Positions 11,073-21,139 of a stretch of DNA of 64,000 nucleotides are shown here, in pieces. Below the pieces are notes generated by a model, which saw only the letters and a program-made list of their open reading frames with translations, was not told where the DNA came from and searched no databases. Position numbers and translations under genes: made by a program. Every line of letters begins with the position of its first letter. Within the stretch, counting starts at the first letter, position 1. The stretch is from Octopus vulgaris (Eukaryota). The stretch covers positions 10,850,001 through 10,914,000 of the forward strand of contig OX597833.1 of NCBI GenBank assembly GCA_951406725.2. The letters run 5' to 3'.

Positions 11073-11651
11073 TCAAATTAACATGAAATTTCTTGAGTAA
11101 TTAGTAGAAGTCCATACAAAACCTTCTCTGGGCCCCAATCGCTTCATACTGAGCAATAAAGGCTGCTTATCAGTGATTTCCGTATTATCGCTGGTTGTAC
11201 ATAGTCTTTCAGCTTGCAAAGAAGACCATCAAGTTTAAGTGTGGTCTAAGATAGTTTTTGACTGGGTGGAGCTAAAACCGAGAGGGAGCTAGCTCTGTGC
11301 TGGTTGAAGGCCAGGAAAGGTTTCCTGCTCTAGTGAAACGTGTGGCTACTAACATTTTTGTAGAGGATGAGAGTGATGGGTGGAGCTGGAAAGTAGGGGT
11401 GCTGATGCATCCTGCAAAGTAAAAGGTTAGTAGAGGTGATTGGGGACTGGAAAGGAGTGGATGATTGGTTGAGGTGGCAAGGGATGCGGAATGGGTGAGG
11501 ATGTGACTGAAGAATGAAGATTAAGAGAAGTGTAGGATTAAAGTACCTTGGTTTCCAGAACATCCCGCTGTGTTTGAGGAGACCTATTGAGTCAAGTACA
11601 TGAACATGAACATCGAAATAAATATCAATGGAAATAGTAGTTTTGATACCT

Positions 11652-12583
11652 GTGCCGGTGGCACATAAAAAGCACCATCCAAACGTGGCCGATGTCAGCG
11701 TCGCCTCGACTGGCTTCTGTGCCGGTGGCACATAAAAAGCACCATCCGAACGTGGCCGTTGCTAGCGCCGCCTCGACTGGCTTCTGTGCCGGTGGCGCAT
11801 AAAAAGCACCATCCAAACGTGGCCGATGCCAGCGTCGCCTCGACTGGCTTCCGTGCCGGTGGCACATAAAAAGCACCATCCAAACGTGGCCGATGCCAGC
11901 GTCGCCTCGACTGGCTTCCGTGCCGATGGCACATAAATAGCACCATCCAAACGTGGCCGATGCCAGCGTCGCCTTGACTGGCTTCCGTGCCGATGGCACA
12001 TAAAAAGCACCATCCAAACGTGGCCGATGCCAGCGTCGCCTCGACTGGCTTCCGTGCCGATGGCACATAAAAAGTACTATCCAAATGTGGCCGATGCCAG
12101 CGTCGCCTCGACTGGCTTCCGTGCCGATGGCACATAAAAAGCACCATCCAAACGTGGCCAATGCCAGCGTCGTCTCGACTGGCTTCTGTGCCGGTGGCAC
12201 ATAAAAAGCACCATCCGAACGTGGCCGATGCCAGCGTCGCCTCGACTGGCTTCTGTGCTGGTGACACGTAAAAAGCACCATCCGAACGTGGCTGATGCCA
12301 GCTCCGCCTTGGCTAGCTTCCATGCCGGTGGCACATTAAAAGCACCAACCGATCGTGGCCGATGCCAGACTCCCCTGGCACCTGTGCAGGTGGCATGTAA
12401 AAAGCACCCACTACACTCGCGGAGTGGTTGGCGTTAGGAAGGGCATCCAGCTGTAGAAACACTGCCAGATCAGACTGGAGCCTGGGGCCGCCCCTGGCTT
12501 CCCAGACCCCGGTCGAACCGTCCAACCTGTGCTAGCGCGGAAAACGGACGTTAAACGATGATGATGATGATGATGATGATGAT
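11652..12583 (+). mobile_element. RTE 3' UTR with expanded 67-bp tandem array (12 motif copies)
   Basis: Units start at 11652, 11719, 11786 ... 12322, then 12384, followed by the standard RTE terminus and (GAT)n. Confidence 0.85.
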
Positions 12584-12707
12584 TGAGAGTAGATGTCATG
12601 ATTGGTGAATAAGGAGTGGGGTATGACCTATGTTACACGCATGCGTGTGTATTCTCATGTATGCACAAATACGTGTGTGCATGTCTATATATATATATAT
12701 GTATATT

Positions 12708-12910
12708 CTTTTACTTTTACTTGTTTCAGTCATTTGACTGTGGCCATGCTGGAGCAGCGCCTTTAGTCGAGCAAATCGACCCCATGACTTATTCTTTGTA
12801 AGCCTAGTACTTATTCTATCGGTCTCTTTTGCCGAACCGCTAAGTGACGGGGACGTAAACACACCAGCATCGGTTGTCAAACGATGTTGGGGGGGACAAA
12901 CACAGACACA

Positions 12911-12949
<39 letters not shown>

Positions 12950-13153
12950 ACACACATATATATATATATATATATATACATACATATATACAACAGGCTT
13001 CTTTCAGTTTCCGTCTACCAAATCCACTCACAAGGCTTTGGTCGACCCGAGGCTATAGTAGAAGGCACATGCCCAAGGTGCCATGCAGTGGGACTGAACC
13101 CGGAACCATGTGGTTGGTAAACAAGCTACTTACCACACAGCCACTCCTATGCC
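12708..13153 (-). mobile_element. SINE family B
   Basis: Reverse-complement match to 943-1352. Confidence 0.85.
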
Positions 13154-13274
13154 TATATATATATATATTTATATATGCACACACACACGTACCTATTTAT
13201 ATATAATGTATTCACACATACATGTGTGTGTGTGTGTGTGTATGTATATATTCATAAATTACATCTCTTTTCAG

Positions 13275-13439
13275 TGTCTTGCCGTGTTTTGCCATTCTGA
13301 TGGGCATCGGTTACCAGTTGAGAAATCTCTTGAAGAGTTGATAAAATTAGAAGAAATTTTCGACGGATCTTCAGTCATCTTGGAATATACTGACTCTGTT
13401 ACCTCCTATCTGGACAACCTTGAAGATTATCACAGTTAA
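13275..13439 (+). CDS. ZFAND1: ZFAND1 terminal coding exon
   Basis: ttttcag| acceptor. CLAVFCHSDGHRLPVEKSLEELIKLEEIFDGSSVILEY...YHS* resembles ZFAND1 LCHITSGEALPLDHTLE...NGGNIILEY. TAA at 13437-13439. Confidence 0.9.
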   Translation, partial: CLAVFCHSDGHRLPVEKSLEELIKLEEIFDGSSVILEYTDSVTSYLDNLEDYHS

Positions 13440-13469
13440 ATTCCGATGCACAGCTAATTTGTTAGGGAT

Positions 13470-13835
13470 ATGGGTGGTTCTGGTAAATCCTGTAATTACA
13501 GAAACCCTAATTTATGTCCCCTTGATGGTGTCTGTCTAACTACTAATGCTATATATAAATGTATTGTTAAAGCGGAGGGTAATTTGGATAGGTTTTATAC
13601 AGGCAGTACTATAAATTTTAAGGATAGGTATAGGGCCCACATGAATTTGTTTTTGAACAAAAAATATTGTAACTCCACTATACTTGCCTCTTATATACAT
13701 GGTTTAAAGAGGAATAAAAAAGTTATTCTCTTGAATGGTCTGTTGTATCAAGGGCCCCTTATTTCAGAGTTAATATTAACAAGTCTAAGTTGTGTGTAAG
13801 GGAATCTGTTGCCATCCTTAAATCCTGTGAGGAGA
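13470..13835 (+). mobile_element. Penelope-like element fragment, GIY-YIG endonuclease (degenerate)
   Basis: CNYR...CPLDGVCL...IYKC...FYTGST.NFKDRY.AH...STILASYIHGLK follows the Cys-rich linker plus GIY-YIG pattern of Penelope-like elements. Frameshifted near its end. Confidence 0.8.
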
Positions 13836-14019
13836 TAGTTACCTCCTGTTGCATTACTGCATATCCAGAGAGCACCACATGTGAGTGTGTATATTATATA
13901 TTTTCTTGAACAAACACCAATTACATTCCATTTTCACAATTTGAAAGAGACCTTATGACAATACAGAAGAGATTCTTTACCATACACAGGTGCAATGAAG
14001 AAAAGAATATGCAATTTGA

Positions 14020-14616
14020 TGTGGTCTCAGAAGTTTTATTTGCTCTGGTATTTCTTCCAAATCCCTCTGGGTGGCCTGGATTATTAGCTCCAGACCTTGG
14101 CCCTACCAGTTCTGCTGGTGTAACCTGGTGGCCTGAGGATAGTGGCTCTATCCTCAGGTTCAGCAGTATGGCTGCCACCAACCACACCGTATTGATTTCT
14201 GGTGGAACCTTCTCTATCCTTATTTTCGATGTTCGCCTTCCAAGGTAAGTCAGCAGTAACACCAGATCTGCTGGCTTTAAGGGAGATGTAGAGTGTTCCT
14301 TTGCCTTCTCTTCGGACACGAATCTCACCTCAACTGAGCCAAAGCGTCGTCTTCTATTCATGTATTTTATGTCATGCCAAATTGGTAGTAGGCACTTTTC
14401 GATGGCATCCTTAGATGCCATCTCTATCCTCTTTGTTGCCAGGGATAGTGTTCTGTAAACTATTGTTTTGCATTTTGTATTGTATATCACTTCTTTTTGT
14501 GGAGTCAGCTTCATGTTTGCTCCTTCCCTCTGCAATAAGCTTTTATATTTTTCAAGCTTGCCTGGGTCGACCTGCACTGTTTCGCTAGTGACGCTGGCCA
14601 TGGACGCATAGTTCAT
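14020..14616 (-). pseudogene. ORF1 (gag-like/RRM) remnant of a Tx1/L1-clade element
   Basis: IEKCLLPIW...FVSEEKAKEHST...TYLGRRTSKIRIEKVP aligns by eye with IEKCLKPIW...FHTEELAKRFST...SYRGQKVTKITLNNVP in ORF1 at 50900-51130. Confidence 0.7.
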
Positions 14617-14799
14617 TTTTCCATTGCCGTTCTGTGTTTCAATTCAGAGGTCGGTTTTGTCATTCTCTGGTATGTTTTCCTCTTCCTTTGTTTGGCAAAA
14701 TGGGAGGAAGGGTAACATTTGTTTGTACAATTCCTCCAAGGAACAGCCTGGAATTACACATTGGCAGGTGTCAACTTCCATGTTGTATTGAGTGTTTAA

Positions 14800-15019
14800 C
14801 CCTTTAGTGTTCAGATTACTCTGTTAAATGTAATACTTTTTCACTCAAATTGTTTTGAATTAATCATGCATTATCTCATAGCTTTGAGGTTTCAGTGATG
14901 TGAATGTTTATTTTTAGCATGACATTGTAGGTTAGGTGTGAGAGGCTAGATATCGACAGTTTGAATATAAAGCTTTTAGAATATTTGGGCTGGATATGAC
15001 CGGTTTAAACACTAAAGGG
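14800..15019. mobile_element. piggyBac-like MITE
   Basis: TTAA on both sides (14796-14799, 15020-15023) and TIR ccctttagtgtt/aacactaaaggg. Confidence 0.8.
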
Positions 15020-15219
15020 TTAACAAGATTTTCTATGAAGGAATACAATTTGCCCCTAAGTAGGAGGAATTCACACAAAAAACACACCTGCTAAAGCAGG
15101 CAATGTGTCCAAAAGACAAAGAAAACAGTAAAAGTTGTAGAACAGTTCAAAAAACAATGGCAATCCCAAAAGGGAAAACCAACAATTAAATGAAAGTACT
15201 AAAAAGAACTGAAAGAGAA

Positions 15220-15592
15220 TGTTTTTCCCTAAGTTGGTTCACCATCAATTCTGAAACTGCTGGTTGTCCAGATCTTTTTTTCCGACACAAACAGCCTCCC
15301 TCTTGAAACTTCTTATGCCACATCCAAATCTGGTTTCCTGTTGACGCTTGATAATGAAACCTAACAAATACACGTTGCATATTCAAATTTGGCTGAGTTT
15401 GGTCATACTTCAATCCACAAAATGCCTTTTCTGTTGCAATAAATGGCATGTCTAGTTCTGAAAAGAGAAAAACATATGAAAGAAGATCATATATTAAAGT
15501 GTATTGAATTCTAGACATACTGCTAAAATTTGAGACAATTTGTTCATGTTATTAGGTGATGAATTGATGTCAGATTTATTGGGGCACCGTAT
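15220..15592 (-). mobile_element. Tc1/mariner 5' fragment (N-terminal HTH, DUF4817-like) with TIR
   Basis: EKAFCGLKY...QRVF...IWMWHKKFQEGGCLCRKKRSGQPAVSE. Terminus reads tacggtgccccaataa on the minus strand. Confidence 0.7.
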
Positions 15593-15654
15593 ATATGTGA
15601 AACAATCTGAAGACTTATATTGATAGATAATGTATTCAAAATATAATTGTGTGT

Positions 15655-16431
15655 TTAATGTATAGAGAATACCAAACGAGTTCCCTATGGATACCGTATT
15701 TATTACAACGAATGGCTTGTAAATGTATCTAACGAGCGAAAGCGAGTTAGATACGTTTACAAGCCACTCATTGTAATAAACACGGTATCCATAGGGAATG
15801 AGTTTGGTATTTTATTTATTACACACGAATAAACGACCATATTTTATTAACCCAATAACTAAATTCTTCACATTTAGTTGTAACTTATGAATGACAAAAG
15901 TAATGCCGTCACCGTGACTTCGGGTCATCACCACGGATTGACCAATCAGGAGCAGCGCTGTCACCGTGACCTCGGGTCATCACCATGGATTGACCAATCA
16001 GGAGCAGCGCTGTCACCGTGACCTCGGGTCATCACCATGGATTGACCAATCAGGAGCAGCGCTGTCACCGTGACCTCGGGTCATCACCATGGATTGACCA
16101 ATCAGGAGCAGCGCTGTCACCGTGACCTCGGGTCATCACCATGGATTGACCAATCAGGAGCAGCGCTGTCACCGTGACCTCGGGTCATCACCATGGATTG
16201 ACCAATCAGGAGCGCTGTCACCGTGACCTCGGGTCATCACCATGGATTGTCAGCGCTGTCACTGTGACCTCGGGTCATCACCATGGATTGACCAATCAGG
16301 AGCAGCGCTGTCACCGTGACCCCGGGTCATCACCATGGATTGACCAATCAGAAGCAGCGCTCGCAGTATCTAACATATGTTAGATACCAAAAATATCTCA
16401 AAGTGTTCTCACTCACATGTGTGTAATAAAT
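15655..16431. mobile_element. Non-autonomous element with a terminal long hairpin and internal minisatellite (Crypton-like architecture)
   Basis: ~65-bp-arm palindrome 15668-15811 with loop gagcgaaagcga, inverted pair ttattacacac/gtgtgtaataa, and gattgaccaatcag motifs. Family assignment is inference. Confidence 0.45.
15905..16362. repeat. 52-bp minisatellite (~9 copies)
   Basis: Unit tcaccgtgacctcgggtcatcaccatggattgaccaatcaggagcagcgctg, with starts at 15961 and 16013. Confidence 0.95.
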
Positions 16432-16544
16432 TTATGTACATTGAAGCAAATGTAACAAAATTATAATTGTTTTGTTCTTTTACATTTGGTTTTGGATTTG
16501 TTTTGCAAAATTCTTTATATGAGTTCGTGTGTTGAAGCATATTC

Positions 16545-17031
16545 GGATCTTTTTGGTTTGAACGGCAGTTTTTTCTAGCGGTGTCATATGAAATTGTCAC
16601 CCATAATTATGACCCTAGTATCGATCTATTGCATTTCAATGTTTTAGGGTTAGGCTTAGGATTAGGAGTGGGGTGAAGGGTATCTTTTTTTCTTCACAAA
16701 TGTAAATGCATTTCAATCTGTTTTAGGGTTAGGGTCAGGGTATCTTTTTTCTTCACAAATGTAAATAAACCCAATCTGTTTCTTAAACGAGGGACATATT
16801 CATACGGCACAGAATGTTGTTTATTTTTACCTCAATAGACGTCAGTGATTGGTTGAAATTGCAGAAATTGAAGAAAAAAAAACAACAAATATCTTACAAA
16901 CTATAGAATTTTCTCAATAAAGCCAAGAGAAAAAGATGTTTTATAAACACATTCTACCAGTATACGAAGTTTAACATTTTTTAGTTACCTACAAATTATG
17001 TTAAAAACTGCCGTTCAAACCGAAAAGATCT
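16545..17031. mobile_element. MITE with ~28-bp TIRs and 8-bp TSD
   Basis: TIR gatctttt(t/c)ggtttgaacggcagttttt, TSD gcatattc (16537-16544, 17032-17039), internal ttaggg-like repeats. Confidence 0.85.
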
Positions 17032-17084
17032 GCATATTCTGTTGTGTCTGGGGAGAGTCATTTTCTTTTTGTGCCTTATAATTT

Positions 17085-17268
17085 AACACACTCACTGGTA
17101 AAATTTCCACTGTTTTCCTATTTTTATTTTCCTAAAATTTTCGTTGTGTCTTGCAACCTTTTTAATAAACTCGAGAGTCAAGACTATTAAAAAGGTTGCA
17201 AGACGCAACGAAAATTTTAGGAAAATAAAAATAAGAAAAAAAAGTGGAAATTTTACCGGTGACTGTGT
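17085..17268. repeat. Long inverted repeat (~80-bp arms)
   Basis: ggtaaaatttccac...gcaacctttttaata pairs with tattaaaaaggttgc...gtggaaattttacc. Confidence 0.8.
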
Positions 17269-17398
17269 CTTTTACATTTATTTTCAATAAATATTATGAA
17301 ATAGTTCAGGTCTCTCTGTTAACCTTCTTCCCTTGCATGTCCCACTTTACTGATATCTTTCAAATCCTGTATGTAAATGAATTTTTTTGTTTTGTATT

Positions 17399-17710
17399 CA
17401 TCATCATCATCGTTTAGCGTCCGCTTTCCATGCTAGCATGAGTTGGACGGTTCAACTGGGGTCTGGGAAGCCAGAAGGCTGCACCAGGCCCAGTCTGATC
17501 TGGCAGTGTTTCTACGGCTGGATGCCCTTCCTAACGCCAACCACTCCGTGAGTGTAGTGGGTGCTTTTTACGTGCCACCGGCAGAGTTGCCAGACGGGGC
17601 TGGCAAACGGCTACGGTCGGATGGTGCTTTTTACGTGCCACCAGCATGGGGGTCAAGCGAGGCTGGCAAATGGCCACAGTTGGATGGTACTTTTTACGTG
17701 CCTCCAGCAA
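17399..17710 (-). mobile_element. RTE 3'-end remnant with three array units
   Basis: Reverse complement of the RTE 3' UTR. Confidence 0.8.
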
Positions 17711-18672
17711 GAATAAAATACATTATTACTTTGTGATGGACTTTGTAAGTGAAGATTAGTCATGGTCGTTATTAATTTGTCACCCTCATTTTTGTTGCCG
17801 GGTCATAGTGCTAGTATATAATATTTACTGTGGGTGTCATTCTGTACCCTCATTCCACTTGAAAACTGGTGTTTGTTTTCGTTTCCACAACTTAATGTTT
17901 CGGCGAAAGAAGCCGTCAGAATAAGTATGAGACGTATCAGTGAAGTGCTGGGATTGTTATACTCGACTAAACCTCTTCCCTGAAAATTGCTGGCCTTGTG
18001 CCAAAATTTGAAACCGTTGTTGTTGTTGTTACTAAGGCGTCGAGCAGTCAGATTCGTTTGCACACCGGGCAAAATGCTTTAGTGGCTTATGTTCTGAGTT
18101 CAAATTCCGTCGAGGTCGACTTTACTATTCGTCGTTTCGAGGACTGAAGTCGATGTAATCGAGTTACCCACTTCCCAGAAATTGTTAACCTTGTGTCAAA
18201 ATTTGAAACCATTGTTATCTTAAAGCCTGCGACCTTCATAGCGGTGCTCCAGCAAGGCCACATTCCAACGATTGAAAACGAAGATAAAATACAAATGCCT
18301 AGCTGAAAACGGAGTAGGCTCCCTTGAATATACACAGTGCAAATATATAATATGGTAATTGTATAAAGGGAAGCAACTCAATGTGATATATATATATATA
18401 TATGTATATAGAACGTAACGGCAGACGAAATACGGCTACGCATTTCGCCCGGCGTGCTAACGTTTCTGCCAGCTCGTCGCCTAATGAAATAAATTTATTG
18501 CTCAGAACATAACGTCAGTTCGCTGTTAGCGGTCTTTATTTAAATATTCAAACTGAAAAATACAGCTCCTTACTTCACTGAAACAAGAGTTCTAGACGCA
18601 GTAAATGAATCGCCATAGAGGTCCCATTAGAGACAACGGCGCCACCAAGTGTTAGTACAATTCAGGCTGGGA

Positions 18673-18838
18673 AGGCGGTAAGCTGGTTGAATTGTTAGCA
18701 CGGCGGGCAAAATGCTTAGCGATGTTTCCTCTGCCGCTACGTTCTGAGTTCAAATTTCGCCGAGGTCGACTTTGCCTTTCATCGTTTCAGATTCGATAAA
18801 ATAGCAGCAGCAGTCAAGTACTGGGGTCGATGTAATCT
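18673..18838 (+). mobile_element. SINE family A, diverged (further fragments at 18035-18165 + and 18410-18483 -)
   Basis: gttctgagttcaaatt..gccgaggtcgactttgcctttcatc core. Confidence 0.7.
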
Positions 18839-19397
18839 GTTGGCCCTGTCTATCACCCCACCCCATGCAAGTAGTAATACTTCTGAATGAGCTTCAAGAT
18901 ATAGTTTCGCAAAAAAAAAAAGTGCTTTTGTTCTACAGCACAACATAGTTGGAGTCTCTATAATATTAAATTGGCTGTTTGTTTGGCTGGGCAGCTTGTC
19001 ATAACTACATAACTATGTTGGAGAGTGTTCCTTGCTTAGAGCAAACCTCATTGCATACTTATATAAATAAATAGATAAATAAATAAATACATACACACAC
19101 ACACACACATATATAGTGAGAATTTACAATTTACAAAAAAAAAGACGAAGACGGGTGTGTAAGCAACAAACAGATGTATTAGTTTAACGCTCGGGAAGTG
19201 AGAAAGTTTTTTATGTTTCGAGCTTACGCTCTTCGACAGAAAGGAACGCAGAAATAAACAGGGAAAGAAAGTAGAAAATAGAAATATATATATATATGAT
19301 ACTCTATAACTTGCATCATGAAAAAAGAATCGTTTACATTTTACATTTGCTGTGACTTTTTCAGAGTGAAAGAAGAATGTTAGCAGAATTACTGATA

Positions 19398-19435
<38 letters not shown>

Positions 19436-19686
19436 TGTGAGAGAGAGAGTGTGTGTGAGAGAGAGAAAGAGAGTGTGTGAGAGAGAGAAAGAGAGTGAGA
19501 GAGAGAGATAGAGTGTGTGAGAGAGAGAGTGTGAGAGAAAGAGAGAGGGAGAGAGAGAAAAAGAGAGAGAGTGAGAGAGAGAGAGAGATAGAGTGCGTGA
19601 GAGAGAGAAAGAGAGAGAAAGTGAGAGAGAAAGAGAGAGAGAGAGTGAGAGAGAGAGAGAGGGAGTGAGAGAGAGAGAGAGAGAGA
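19398..19686. repeat. (GA)n-rich microsatellite
   Basis: Directly visible. Confidence 0.95.
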
Positions 19687-20077
19687 TATGCTTTTTATGG
19701 ATTACCAGCAAATAAATTGAGATGAACACAATGCCACGAAAAGGAGAATTCTGAATATTAACAAAACGGGTAAGTATAGAAATAGCAGGATTAAGAGTGA
19801 CGACAAGTTTAAAGGATTTTACCTGGAAATTAAGAATCTTTTAAGTGGTCTTTAGTGAGATACGTTCAGAAGAAAGGATTAGGGATGAAACAGAAAATCG
19901 ACAGAGCAGAATCCGCGTCCGGAAAAAAAGATGGTGGCGAAGTGATACAAAAGTTGGAATGATAATTACGTAAAATTCTTCAGCTCCCAAAAAACGGATA
20001 AAGAAAACAGAGCATAATTAGTACGAAGAAGATGCTGAGGCCTTCATCCAGCAGTGGACTGAACACGTGCAAGGGTG

Positions 20078-20354
20078 ATACATATACATGCATGCATACA
20101 TACATACATGCATGCATGCATGCATATATACATACCTACATACATACATACCTACATACATACATACCTACATACATACATACATACATACATACATACA
20201 TACATACATACATACATGCATGCATGCATGCATACATACATACATACATACATACATACGTACATACATACCTACATACATGCATGCATACATACATACA
20301 TACATACATGCATGCATACTTACATACATACATGCATGCATACATACATATACA

Positions 20355-20388
<34 letters not shown>

Positions 20389-20636
20389 CATACCTACATA
20401 CATGCATGCATACATACATACATGCATACATACTTACATATATACATACATACATACCTACATACATACATACATACATACATGCATGCATACATACATA
20501 CATACATACATGCATGCATGCATGCATACATACATACATACATACATACATACATACATACATACATGCATGCATGCATGCATACATGCATACATACATA
20601 CATACATACAAACAAACATACTACATACATACATAT
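20078..20636. repeat. (CATA)n/(CATG)n microsatellite
   Basis: Directly visible. Explains the HTYI/MYVC pseudo-ORFs. Confidence 0.95.
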
Positions 20637-20646
20637 TCTATATTAA

Positions 20647-20876
20647 GGCGGCGAGCTGGCAGAAACGTTAGCACGCCGGGCAAAATGCGTAGCCGTATTT
20701 CGTCTGCTGTTACGTTCTGGGTTCAAATTCCGCCGAGGTCGACTTTGCCTTTCATCCTTTCGGGGTCGACAAATTAAGTACCAGTTACGCACTGGAGTCG
20801 ATGTAATCGACTTAATCCGTTTGTCTGTCCTTGTTTGTCCCATCTGTGCTTAGCCCCTTGTGGGTAGTAAAGAAAC
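20647..20876 (+). mobile_element. SINE family A
   Basis: Full-length match to 565-797. Confidence 0.85.
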
Positions 20877-21080
20877 ATATATATATATTTGTATATATAT
20901 ATATATGTTTTCGTCGCTTTGAGACTGTGACCTGATCGGAATTTTGTGAACAGGTCGCGGTCTCAAAGCGACGAAAATATTTTGGCAAATTTAATCTAAA
21001 TGTTGAACTGAATCTCACGGTTTTTGTGTTTTTTAAATGGCTTATAAATACCTTCCACGCTGCAATTGTGTGTGTGTGTG

Positions 21081-21137
<57 letters not shown>

Positions 21138-21139
<2 letters not shown>

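Noticed and set aside
11652-12410. CRISPR-like appearance of the 67-bp and 62-bp arrays
   Set aside because: No unique spacers, no cas genes, eukaryotic context. The arrays belong to a LINE 3' UTR.
18632-18652. CTCF-like motif (cacttggtggcgc on the minus strand)
   Set aside because: A single imperfect short match, expected by chance.
19700-20070. Possible promoter/first exon (cgg|gtaagt at 19770) or decayed RTE end (AEAFIQQWT)
   Set aside because: Evidence is too weak to choose. More likely an old LINE remnant.
20032-20777. HTYI-repeat ORFs
   Set aside because: (CATA)n microsatellite.
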